Positions 28,401 to 34,413 of a stretch of 64,000 nt of DNA are shown in pieces. The stretch is taken from IMG/VR virus record IMGVR_UViG_3300049228_000061, positions 2,172 to 66,171 of that record; one strand, 5' to 3'. Each line of letters begins with the position of its first letter. Position 1 is the stretch's first letter. The stretch comes from a virus. Taxonomy: Duplodnaviria > Caudoviricetes. Below the pieces are notes generated by a model, which made no database searches, was not told the DNA's origin, and saw only the letters and a program-made list of their open reading frames with translations. A program made the position numbers and the translations under genes.

Positions 28401-30067
28401 AGTGGAGCCCATCGTTCGGCATGGTGAACTTTCATCGTGACTGGCAGGAAGCCATGGCCAATCTGAGCACGACGCCACTGAAAGGCAAGCAGGTAAAGGT
28501 GGCCAACTATTCCCGCAAGGCATTGGGTGGCATCTTTGCCGATGCGCGCGCGCGCCGCAAAGGCAAACATCCGACCTCCGAATGGGCCAAGTGGTATGAG
28601 CGGACGTCGGCGGCCGGCGGCCTGACCGGGTTTCGGGACATGTTTGAGACCGATGCCAAGCGCGCCGACAAGGTGGAGCAACTGTTCAAGCAGCTGGACC
28701 AAGGCATTATTGCCAAAGCGCCCAGAGAAATTGCGGGCCTGATCGAAGACATGAACACCATGTTCGAGTCTGCGGTGCGCGTTGCGGCGTTCCGGGCATA
28801 CGTGGAAATGAAAGCCGCCGAGAATGGCAACACGGATGCGACCAAGACCACCGATTACGATACTTCTTTCGACGCACGCGCCGCACAGATTTCCAAGTCC
28901 ATCACCGTGAACTTCAACAAGCGCGGTCGCCTCGGCTATTCGATGAATGCTTGGTATGCGTTCAGCAATGCCATCATCCAGGGCGTGGGCCGTAACTACG
29001 AAACACTCACCGGGCCACGTGGCCGAGCCATCATCGGCGGAGCACTGCTGGTGGGCGCGTTGCAAGCGTTCTGGCTGGCCGCTGCTGGCTTTGACGATGA
29101 TGACGATGAATCCACCCACATCGATTCGTTCGTGAAGAATCGTAGCTTCCTGATTCCCACCGGCGATGGCACCTACAAACAGTGGCCCATACCGCACGGC
29201 TTACGTTGGATCGTGGCCTTGGGGCGCATAGTGACCGAGCAGGCCATCCACAAAGGCAAGACAGCAGGAGATGCCGCCAGCGAGAGCTTTGGCGTGCTGA
29301 TGGATGCCTTTAACCCGCTGGGCACCAGTGGCAGCCTGTTGCAGATGGCGGCGCCCACCATCGCCGACATTCCGGCTGGCTTGGCAGAGAACAAGAACTA
29401 CCTTGGCCGATCAATCTATCTGGAAGGCTATGGCGACAGCGACCCCACCCCAGGCTTCGCGCGCCAGAAAGACACCGCCACGCCCGTCGGGAAGGTGGTG
29501 GCCAGAGTGATGAATACCCTGAGTGGCGGCAGCGACTTCACGCGCGGCATGGGTTCCGATGGCCGGTTTGTGGGCGACCTGTTCAGCCCGACCCCGGACC
29601 ATGTTGATTACCTCATTCAGCAACTCACCGGCGGCCCTGGGCGTGAAATTTCCAAGATTTGGCAGACCGGCGAGTCCATGTTGACCGGCGAAGACCTGCC
29701 CACCTACAAAGTGCCGCTGTGGGGCATGATTTCTGGCTCAGTGAATGAGCGCGCCGCAGAGCGCAATGCGTTCTACAAGCTGGCCACCGAAGGCGCCAAG
29801 CACAAAGCGGAGCTGGAAGGGCGTCAGGCTGATCCGTTTGGCTCGCAACAGACGCTGGATGATTACCTCAAGGAGCATCCTGGTTATCGCGGCCCCATGA
29901 TCGCGGCCACCAATGCGCAAAAGCTCAGCACCATTCGCAGCGAGAAACGTAAAGCGGCAGCCAATGGCGCGACTCAGGAGCAGCTGAATGCGTATGATGA
30001 CCGCGCCGCAGCGCTCATCACCAAGACGCTGCAGCGCAATAAAGAACTTCGTCAGGAAGCCCGCTGA
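19424..30067 (+). CDS. giant ejection / large polyvalent protein (LPD5-, LPD1-, LPD38-like and HExxH domains)
   Basis: 3547 aa; duplicated N-terminal AARKEGYxDxEI; IQDFGQRIEGARKD; GFRGVQFG...GSLAHEWLHGLDNY; LHEVVGHFGL; C-terminal ITVNFNKRG region. Confidence 0.85.
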   Translation: MALNIEAARKEGYSDAEIVDYLGTQRKLDIRAARKEGYKDSEILQHLASSNSSPTAPQGASGQAPGMASDGLKRATGDLATGRPELDIQVDDPIAPVVTPEPSFLDQAKQAWNIAMNQLGGQTLEQVQMSHQPKPTSVLDTTSAEAPAFENPASVRIPINKKYRQQFEEHWDSLSEGERALMSRQPGVAGMLAKERLELFANQDQTAPDAADDLDTRAEKRASRLVEQGIAPDVAALAARMGAKYGALPGTEMGLLGVTGEASESDFDFETAEAFNRDVGSQNVLKRGAAKGALGLGKAVTGMGEFIADVIGTERVGEAIGRGSKAIRRQEEAIGASRGDLMARAVEGAVASIGQQLPFMMAGAATGGAGIPLAAIAVTSFGNEYSDGRSQGQSMEQALARASMYSAFEVIGERFGLGEQMEMVRRAMRVKGKIPDQRTAAGLLWDMLVKQVPGEVLTTTGQFSTDKFTGGGVGLSPDATFDDYFDQVVETIATTMVQSVMMGGGTMILSGNKPPADSQPPSTPGIPESQAFATEPEIQPGVSTNAQPTPPPAPAAPQEAAPALAGEAAGPSASPDTASTPVTIDRRALADAFTIDDEGTIDAAQATTAVRAQVESALAAGTTVTQGRGKNRVAVSSADEVDVPAILAGKSRLQIGGQPLPATQQTKGGEINVSNQQTTSQDDVGLGSEASGQEQETPPAGQAEQADAVLAPEPTLAEKAKAPVVIAPSEEGLTVSVDGKPQATYPTNELPEPLVAAETPPDAAPKKRSIIKAENEAPKPGKVGAMLGAGETVLTTTGRETSPFPKIDITTNGKAGNTVKRVEKWLMENALAEAESRGDEFNARQFRANLSKPSQADKDSAEYYLFDQGFVQPARKSALKPLVETQPETPPKKSIVKAENEKPTLRRGDSVSFPIDADGNRNIGEITSIFGNKLTVTTDDGARVTISARGAEYVSKDAPATPQPTRNISGPESRLTKSAVDVDPFAPPSLEQRLQSDAELRGHLERMASEAGWEEEGGKLIRATEDETSPDYGKVVGRTKWLPKALWWAARPTGFNEKRTKETIRKALAGEPLSKPERRMVEFLRDVADGKVEDFLPTREEAQSSKPEDVLDVALVARMIERANEIDEAAVERLAIQHGDDDDGFMTAIKELVHDTDTQTTAGSGAQSGPAPSESQAGKTEAKKPVGDLFGDDVAAKQAVADEARKRDAKRNSGQDSLETGDPSDMFSQAKNQTDLMDTPAPKKAQEVSKNKLVSDDAAAVARAKDKTPEQFANWVRGRYGKPKAKELTESGQVDRWYAEANPAKAEPVVEPEAPKPVEQKPATPAPAKPTANIQDFGQRIEGARKDYAAKLRDAQTADIAKVPLSESWPEPDYAKLLEGGADSWAVGFMHAARDDIPTKPQKSWKLGRWVSQVTGLRDMVQKVMDGAYDRDMIEGRESLKSVYDRIELYQTVGHDKSLKGVRVVSGHYSVFKGIEYKPSKTIWSVESNGKQSALSNWPNMLGHGDTRAEAIAAFKKTWDATTPEQDAKKAIKFELYGRRADKTYFIGKKVGRNVVELKDGFTDVKTARAYLLEHHDELVTLLAKKKELPSERREENAPRIGIDHRNGADVTPEQFQEAFGFRGVQFGTQMEGARRQADLNDSYDALMDLAGVLGVPPKALSLNGELGLAFGARGHGGKLAPKAHYERGEVVINLTKRTGAGSLAHEWLHGLDNYFSRRGGNKAGFISLIQKAPEGVRPELFEAFKNVIRAINSTELPKRSGKLDQTRSKPYWVTTEEMVARSFESYIIAKLQDQGASNDYLANIVSPAYWDAATGLGMQKDGTYPYPLESEMPIVRAAFDHFFDVIESKPTDAGVALYQRGDATPGKLPERQVTAAINEVLRPFHRRPVLIVRQTYAQLPSDVRAAIERRGDKPGDMRAIYWNGKFYAVADDIPSMEAIPELVLHEVVGHFGLDAMLTEADKQAILDGFYDSMTDAVNERGVQEFGAKWDVGNIKTRRLATEEVLAYHFQDYLKDRQSVPEPAKTWMERLKAKISAFIKKMLRLAPVYKLPKQYDQTFMNRLADDLLRSLKSNKPLSGDGKTKAEAARDARYTEKAGIFYSHLTRSAQLAKISVGRGEQWLNTLRNMPGVKAEEIEAVDLEQFLGDRIKISKQEVVDYLGSNGVQVTETVLGGDGKVKFMDSLSAAESQRFNELLNIPGGEWNGNGYSGGRPLTAEEQSELSDLQETHLHDRVTTDAARRDAEKSATKFSKYALPGGSNYRELLLTLPSDTKAEDSGGAYYRETTGDFRSSHWDQPNVIAHIRFDERADADGKRVMHIAEVQSDWHQAGRKKGYRSPKKETSVADVKLVKEDQWNWWLADANGDEHKVSKADYERTGIDKAKQDIAFWETRKLADQNLLAVPNAPFKTTWPELAMKRAIRYAAENGFDRITWDTGATNAERYDLSKTLSSVALSGSNFKAFDLDGEEVMSRTGVRPEDLPDLIGKDAAEKLMAKKPNGTLRVLEGLDLKVGGEGMIGFYDRILPATVGKLIKKWGGKILSVRLPGSATYEQLKAAGTSTGLTQAQLDQMPVAERKALVDSKLPLSHGFNITDAMRQSAMQGLPLFQRNLPTANKSTPTAGKSADPADAQWQYPQVTKLGDGRLIRVINGIHSRVDQFLYDRVDYYLDTRRVVKAIAQKQGVETLPDNVDPMLGLELMPRRISDRVDTMMKDEFLPILEKMHALGLDIKRVEDHLQFRHARERNETIAQRNLNNPAMQDGGSGKFEREIADYFAALDPKDKAKLDEVAAMVKEYIKGTRQTLVGYGLESQVTMDLRAAAWPDYVPLQRADYENDAVYGIGQGISVKGSDSKAALGSHKEVVNILSNITKQREQAIIRGEKERVAVALYGLAEMNPNPDFWSTTNLPKIRHLDKQTGQVVSQTDPKWKSRDNVIVVKRPNRAGRIVERAIVFSERNPMAKRMVTALKGLDLPEMDKKTRLFGAYSRFISAINTQWSPSFGMVNFHRDWQEAMANLSTTPLKGKQVKVANYSRKALGGIFADARARRKGKHPTSEWAKWYERTSAAGGLTGFRDMFETDAKRADKVEQLFKQLDQGIIAKAPREIAGLIEDMNTMFESAVRVAAFRAYVEMKAAENGNTDATKTTDYDTSFDARAAQISKSITVNFNKRGRLGYSMNAWYAFSNAIIQGVGRNYETLTGPRGRAIIGGALLVGALQAFWLAAAGFDDDDDESTHIDSFVKNRSFLIPTGDGTYKQWPIPHGLRWIVALGRIVTEQAIHKGKTAGDAASESFGVLMDAFNPLGTSGSLLQMAAPTIADIPAGLAENKNYLGRSIYLEGYGDSDPTPGFARQKDTATPVGKVVARVMNTLSGGSDFTRGMGSDGRFVGDLFSPTPDHVDYLIQQLTGGPGREISKIWQTGESMLTGEDLPTYKVPLWGMISGSVNERAAERNAFYKLATEGAKHKAELEGRQADPFGSQQTLDDYLKEHPGYRGPMIAATNAQKLSTIRSEKRKAAANGATQEQLNAYDDRAAALITKTLQRNKELRQEAR

Positions 30068-30885
30068 TGCCCACGCCGAACGCCGCATCGCTTTCAATGA
30101 CCGGCTACGCGCCCACGCGGCGAGTAGACACCCGTATTGCGCCCGGCGAAACCAGTCTGGCGTTTGGTGGCTATGTGCCGTTGGTGGCAGTCAACACCAA
30201 ATCGCTGATCGTGAACCTGCCCTCCATGCTGGCCACGTTTACCGAGCGCCGCCGGCTGATTCGCGCCACCACTGACGAATTGCGGGATCTGGTGTTCCAG
30301 GGCCGAGATACGGAGTTGTACGTAGCCTTTGAGCTGAACGGAGAGGTATTCGACGCGGCCAACCTCACCGGTGTGGAGCTGGTTTATGAGGATACGGACG
30401 GCAATGACGGGATGGTGACGCAAGCCGCCTACCCAGCGGTTTTCGATATGTCCACTCGCGCGAACGTGCGCGGCAAGACAGTGAATATCCTGCGCCTGGT
30501 GTTGGACGATGCGTTCATTGCCGAATTGTTTGATGTCGGGCTGTGGACGGTGGAGGTGTTCGGATTCGATGCGGATCACCCTGGTGGCGCATTGTGGGGA
30601 GCGATGGAATGGGAAGTGCGCACTTTGTTTGATGGCGTGGCCATTGTCCCGAATACGGGCAGCTTGGCATTCACTGAACGTGCGCCAACAGTTCGCTATG
30701 ACCGCGCCCTGCCTATTACGGGCGCGCTGACGTTTACTGGAGATCAGCCTGACGTATACCTGCGCTTTGCGGGCATCCCATCTGCCGGAGCGATGGCATT
30801 CACTGGCTACCGGCCAGTGTTGAGTCCGGTTACGGTGCCGACTGGCACTCTCACGATGACGGGGGCGGCGCCAGCGATTAGTTAG
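30067..30885 (+). CDS. virion protein with Px(2-3)GxLxFxGxxP repeats
   Basis: At least six copies, e.g. PNAASLSMTGYAP, PNTGSLAFTERAP, PSAGAMAFTGYRP, PTGTLTMTGAAP. Confidence 0.7.
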   Translation: MPTPNAASLSMTGYAPTRRVDTRIAPGETSLAFGGYVPLVAVNTKSLIVNLPSMLATFTERRRLIRATTDELRDLVFQGRDTELYVAFELNGEVFDAANLTGVELVYEDTDGNDGMVTQAAYPAVFDMSTRANVRGKTVNILRLVLDDAFIAELFDVGLWTVEVFGFDADHPGGALWGAMEWEVRTLFDGVAIVPNTGSLAFTERAPTVRYDRALPITGALTFTGDQPDVYLRFAGIPSAGAMAFTGYRPVLSPVTVPTGTLTMTGAAPAIS

Positions 30886-31579
30886 GTAGCGCCAGCTGCC
30901 GCGTTTCAGCCTCAAACCGTTCCTTGGCCGCCCGCCAGTAGTCGGCATCTATCTCGCACCCCACAAAATCCACCCCGTAGTAGTGCGCTGCAATCGCCGC
31001 GCTTCCGCTGCCAAGATGGGTGTCCAAAACCTTCATGCCCGGCTGCGCGTACTGCTGCAGAAGCCATTCGTACAGTTTCACTGGCTTCTGTGTTGGGTGA
31101 ATCCGGCGCTCGTTCAGCGCCTTGTTACCCTGCTGGCGCATGCTGCCCACGCCGTCGCCCTGCATCATTCCGCGCCACATATAGCGCACCACGTCCACGC
31201 GCTCGTTCAGGCTGCAATAGGCAATTTCCGCGCCGCTCTGGTCGGCTCCGTCATTCACCTTGTCCCAAACAATCGCGCCGCCTTGCAGCTTCACCGGCAT
31301 GTAGTTCGCCCCCCATACAATCTGGTGGCGTGCCACGCGCCGCAGTTCCTCAAAGTATTTCGGTGGCGGTGGCTCGCGGTCCCAATCTTTTTTCGCGTAA
31401 CCGCCGTCAATGCACTGCAGCACCGTGCCGTTCTTTTGCTTCACGCTGTGACAACGGTTCGTGCCGCCGTCCTCGCCGCGCCCGTATGGCGGGTCAACGC
31501 AAGCCAGATCAAAGTATTGATCTGGATACCGTGCCATAACGATCATGCAGTCCTCATTGAAAAGCTCTATTTTTGGCAT
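30878..31579 (-). CDS. N6/N4 DNA methyltransferase (beta class)
   Basis: DLACVDPPY, HPTQKP and LDTHLGSGS motifs in beta order. Confidence 0.92.
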   Translation of the reverse strand: MPKIELFNEDCMIVMARYPDQYFDLACVDPPYGRGEDGGTNRCHSVKQKNGTVLQCIDGGYAKKDWDREPPPPKYFEELRRVARHQIVWGANYMPVKLQGGAIVWDKVNDGADQSGAEIAYCSLNERVDVVRYMWRGMMQGDGVGSMRQQGNKALNERRIHPTQKPVKLYEWLLQQYAQPGMKVLDTHLGSGSAAIAAHYYGVDFVGCEIDADYWRAAKERFEAETRQLALPN

Positions 31580-32028
31580 ATGGCGTCTTCCAATAAGAAA
31601 TCTGCCAAATATCTTCCGCGAACAACGGTGTTGATATTCTCGTCCCGATAACTTCCGCGCAAGCTCTCAACCCGAAAGAACATGGTTTGCTTTACGTCTG
31701 CGTTCTTCACATAGGCTATCTGTTTTTCGTCAAGTGCAACCAAGGCAAATAAATCGCAACTTGCTTCTGTATGCAACGCCCTATTCTTCTTCCCGCATCG
31801 CTTGATATTGAATGCGTATGTATTGATGTTGCTTACTCGCTGCGGGGTTTGTTTGTGCGTTCTTGTCGTTTTAACTTGAACCTTGAACAGCTTGCCGTTT
31901 GCATCAAGAACAACGTCGTATGGAAGCCCTTGCTCAGACGGGAATGCCACAAACCCCTTGGCTATCAAGTCAGCGCAAACCAAATATTCGCCAGCCTTAC
32001 CAATTTGCATGTCATCTATTTTATCCAT
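31567..32028 (-). CDS. PD-(D/E)XK endonuclease (PDDEXK_5 / I-Ssp6803I-like homing type)
   Basis: GKAGEYLV..DL...G......GLPYDVV........VQVKT; visibly more AT-rich than its flanks. Confidence 0.8.
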   Translation of the reverse strand: MDKIDDMQIGKAGEYLVCADLIAKGFVAFPSEQGLPYDVVLDANGKLFKVQVKTTRTHKQTPQRVSNINTYAFNIKRCGKKNRALHTEASCDLFALVALDEKQIAYVKNADVKQTMFFRVESLRGSYRDENINTVVRGRYLADFLLEDAICQK

Positions 32029-32049
32029 ACTGCCATTGTGCTTATGCTC

Positions 32050-32139
32050 TTATGCGAGGTCAACAATCGCCAGGTCAAAGGCTGCGTCTGGCAGCGTCGC
32101 CATGTACGTCATGCAGTCGGTATGTAGCAGCTCAATCAT
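32050..32139 (-). pseudogene. truncated MTase 5' fragment ending at the DPPY motif
   Basis: MIELLHTDCMTYMATLPDAAFDLAIVDLA* aligns with the intact MTase N-terminus KIELFNEDCMIVMARYPDQYFDLACVDPPY. Confidence 0.85.
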
Positions 32140-32170
32140 TTGCGATCGCTGTGCTTTATTAGCAGTATGC

Positions 32171-32518
32171 TCATGATTGGGTCGCCTTTATTTCAATGAT
32201 GATGCCAAATGCCTTTCCCTGCTTCTGCTTGTAGGCCCATGTCAGCAGCGGCGAGCCGTCGTCCACGCCGATCTTGTCGGCAATCCCATCGACAACGCCC
32301 TTGAATGCAGCCGTTAATCCATCTTGGCTATCCATTGGTTTGCCACGTTTTCCGTAGATCCTGGTCAGCGTGATGGCCAGCGGTGGCTTGAGCCCCGCTG
32401 GAGTGGCAAGACCAGCGATCATCCTGTCGCTTTTGGCCCTGCGCGCCCGCTTCGTCCAGTGTTCGCGCTGATTGAGGCCGTTGACGACGCGCAGCGGCAG
32501 ATGAATGGTCGGCATCAA
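32171..32518 (-). CDS. RusA-like Holliday junction resolvase
   Basis: LN.REHW.KR.R.AK, TLTR, MDSQDGL..AFK.VVDGIA...GVDD. Confidence 0.75.
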   Translation of the reverse strand: MMPTIHLPLRVVNGLNQREHWTKRARRAKSDRMIAGLATPAGLKPPLAITLTRIYGKRGKPMDSQDGLTAAFKGVVDGIADKIGVDDGSPLLTWAYKQKQGKAFGIIIEIKATQS

Positions 32519-32745
32519 AGTGGCTGGATACTATCGGCCAAGAACTTATCAATAATTTCACGCGGGACGCAGTGCTTGTGCATTATTCCTGCCGCTTGGT
32601 GCAGCACTGGAGCAATCCCATTGACGATGACGCAGCCATCAGGAAACCCTTCGGTTTTACCGTTCGCGTAGATCACATACTTATGCACGTCGCTCATGCG
32701 CACTACTACAAACGCAGCACCGTCTGGTAGGTTTTTCTCTGACAT
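32515..32745 (-). CDS. hypothetical protein
   Basis: Coupled ORF starting MSEKN. Confidence 0.55.
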   Translation of the reverse strand: MSEKNLPDGAAFVVVRMSDVHKYVIYANGKTEGFPDGCVIVNGIAPVLHQAAGIMHKHCVPREIIDKFLADSIQPL

Positions 32746-33086
32746 CACGCCCCTCTCCAATAAACACGCCGCCACCCTGTGACATTGAATGAGTCAACGT
32801 CGTAAGCGCGTTGCCCAAATTCACTGGCTTCTCCATAGGCACGAATTGACAGTACGCCGCCATGGCTGATCACGAATCCGTAATATCCTCGCCAATCGTC
32901 ACCTTGACGAAAGGTTTTTTCTGTTCCATCGGCCAGCTCGACAACTAGCGATTGGGATGATTTTGCTTTTTTATTGACGACAGGCTCATCACGCGGCCAA
33001 CCAGCCCCCATTGTTCCAATCAAAGCAATAACAGCAAAAGCAAAAGCAACAAGCAGGCCGGTAGCTAAGTAAAGTGCCCACATCAC
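32745..33086 (-). CDS. membrane-anchored hypothetical protein
   Basis: N-terminal TM helix. Confidence 0.6.
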   Translation of the reverse strand: MMWALYLATGLLVAFAFAVIALIGTMGAGWPRDEPVVNKKAKSSQSLVVELADGTEKTFRQGDDWRGYYGFVISHGGVLSIRAYGEASEFGQRAYDVDSFNVTGWRRVYWRGA

Positions 33087-33292
33087 GACACCTTCCGGTG
33101 CGGGAATGCGCCTTTGATGTGCTGGCCCAAGAATCGGCCAAGCGATTCCGACTTCACAAAGGCATCAGCCATCGTATCGGGTACGCCCTCATAGGCGTAG
33201 GTGCCTCCGTTCTTGAAGGAAACGTGAAGCTCCTGAATAGCCGGGTCATAGCCGACGGCGGCGATCTGAGTGCTGTTTTCCACGGCAGACAT
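33083..33292 (-). CDS. KTSC-domain protein
   Basis: STQIAAVGYDP...L.V.FKNGG.Y.Y.GVP......F..S.S.GRF....IKG. Confidence 0.9.
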   Translation of the reverse strand: MSAVENSTQIAAVGYDPAIQELHVSFKNGGTYAYEGVPDTMADAFVKSESLGRFLGQHIKGAFPHRKVS

Positions 33293-33304
33293 TTTCACAA
33301 AGAC

Positions 33305-33362
33305 CTCTTGTTTAATCACTCTCGAATCAATACTATTACAACAGAGAGTCATAAATCAAGAG
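33305..33362. promoter_or_regulatory. divergent promoter region with a 19-bp imperfect inverted repeat
   Basis: CTCTTGtttaatcACTCTC (33305-33323) versus GAGAGTcataaatCAAGAG (33344-33362); 16/19 complementary. Confidence 0.6.
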
Positions 33363-33373
33363 TGCTTAATTGA

Positions 33374-34219
33374 ATGCCGGAATTTGACAACGAAATCCAA
33401 CCAGACTTGATTATCCGGGCCAGCTCGCTGAGCGGTCTTTGGGATTGTCCGGCAAAATGGAAGGCTGAGCACCTGCTGGGTATGCGCATGCCGTCTGGTT
33501 CTGCTTCTGTGATCGGTACAGCCATTCACGCCGGTACTGCTGTATTCGACACGGCCAGGCTTGAGGGCGGCGCTGGCAGCGCGGAGGACGCCGTAGATGC
33601 TGCCGCTGATGCGGTACGCAATCCGCGCGATGAGGTGAGGTGGGATGATTGTCGGCCTGCTGAGGCTATTGATACCGCCGCCCGGCTGACGAACGCCTAC
33701 TGCGCCGACATTGCCCCTTCATTCACATTCAGTAAGGTTGAGGTGAGGCTGAATCATCTGGATGTGAAAGCGACCAATGGTTTAATACTTCGATTCACCG
33801 GCAACATTGACAGGGAGCGCGTGGTAGACGATCAGATCGGCGTGGCTGATTTGAAGTCTGGGGCCAACTTAGTGGATGCGAGCGGCAATGTGAAGGTATC
33901 GCTGTCAGCCGCACAAATCGGCACCTACGAATTGATTACGATCATGAGCGATGCTACCGAGCAGAAACCACACCTGCTGCCCGCTCAGATCATTGCGCTG
34001 CCAACCAAAGGCAAACATCAGCCGAAGGTGGCGACGCTGAGCAGGCCACCGCACAGTCTGCTGATTGGCGATGAACAGAACAAAGGCATGATTGATATTG
34101 CTGCGGACTATTTCAAGAACGATCTTTTCGTGGGGAATCCGCGATCCGTTTTATGTTCCGAACGCTACTGCCCAGCCTGGTCGAAATGCCGCTGGCGCAT
34201 GACTGCGGAGGCGGAATGA
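33374..34219 (+). CDS. PD-(D/E)XK (Cas4/RecB-like) recombination exonuclease
   Basis: IRASSL..LWDCP, GTAIHA, FTGNIDR..VADLKSG, C-terminal CSERYCPAWSKC; near recT. Confidence 0.85.
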   Translation: MPEFDNEIQPDLIIRASSLSGLWDCPAKWKAEHLLGMRMPSGSASVIGTAIHAGTAVFDTARLEGGAGSAEDAVDAAADAVRNPRDEVRWDDCRPAEAIDTAARLTNAYCADIAPSFTFSKVEVRLNHLDVKATNGLILRFTGNIDRERVVDDQIGVADLKSGANLVDASGNVKVSLSAAQIGTYELITIMSDATEQKPHLLPAQIIALPTKGKHQPKVATLSRPPHSLLIGDEQNKGMIDIAADYFKNDLFVGNPRSVLCSERYCPAWSKCRWRMTAEAE

Positions 34220-34413
34220 GCGCGTACAAACTGGATGAAAGTCGTCAGTGTCGGTCGGTTTGCTATGTTGGCAGATGGCTGCCTTTTGGAAGCAATCATG
34301 TCCGCTGCGATTTGCACAATGACCATGCTGGGCCTCATTGGTCTATGCCGCATGAGTGGGCATCTAGCGACCCACATTCTTTCTTTATTGAGACAGAGGT
34401 AAAAATCAAATGA
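34216..34413 (+). CDS. small Cys/His-rich protein
   Basis: MSAYKLD...QCRS...RCDLHNDHAGPH; coupled on both sides. Confidence 0.5.
   Translation: MSAYKLDESRQCRSVCYVGRWLPFGSNHVRCDLHNDHAGPHWSMPHEWASSDPHSFFIETEVKIK

Noticed and set aside
31567-32056. MTase interruption as a group I intron or intein
   Set aside because: The insert is almost entirely ORF with no P/Q/R/S elements, has an in-frame stop, offers no U/G junction restoring DPPY, and the downstream MTase has its own complete N-terminus.
33374-34219. Cas4-like nuclease as evidence of a CRISPR-Cas locus
   Set aside because: No repeat-spacer array or other cas genes are visible; it lies beside recT, the usual phage recombination context.
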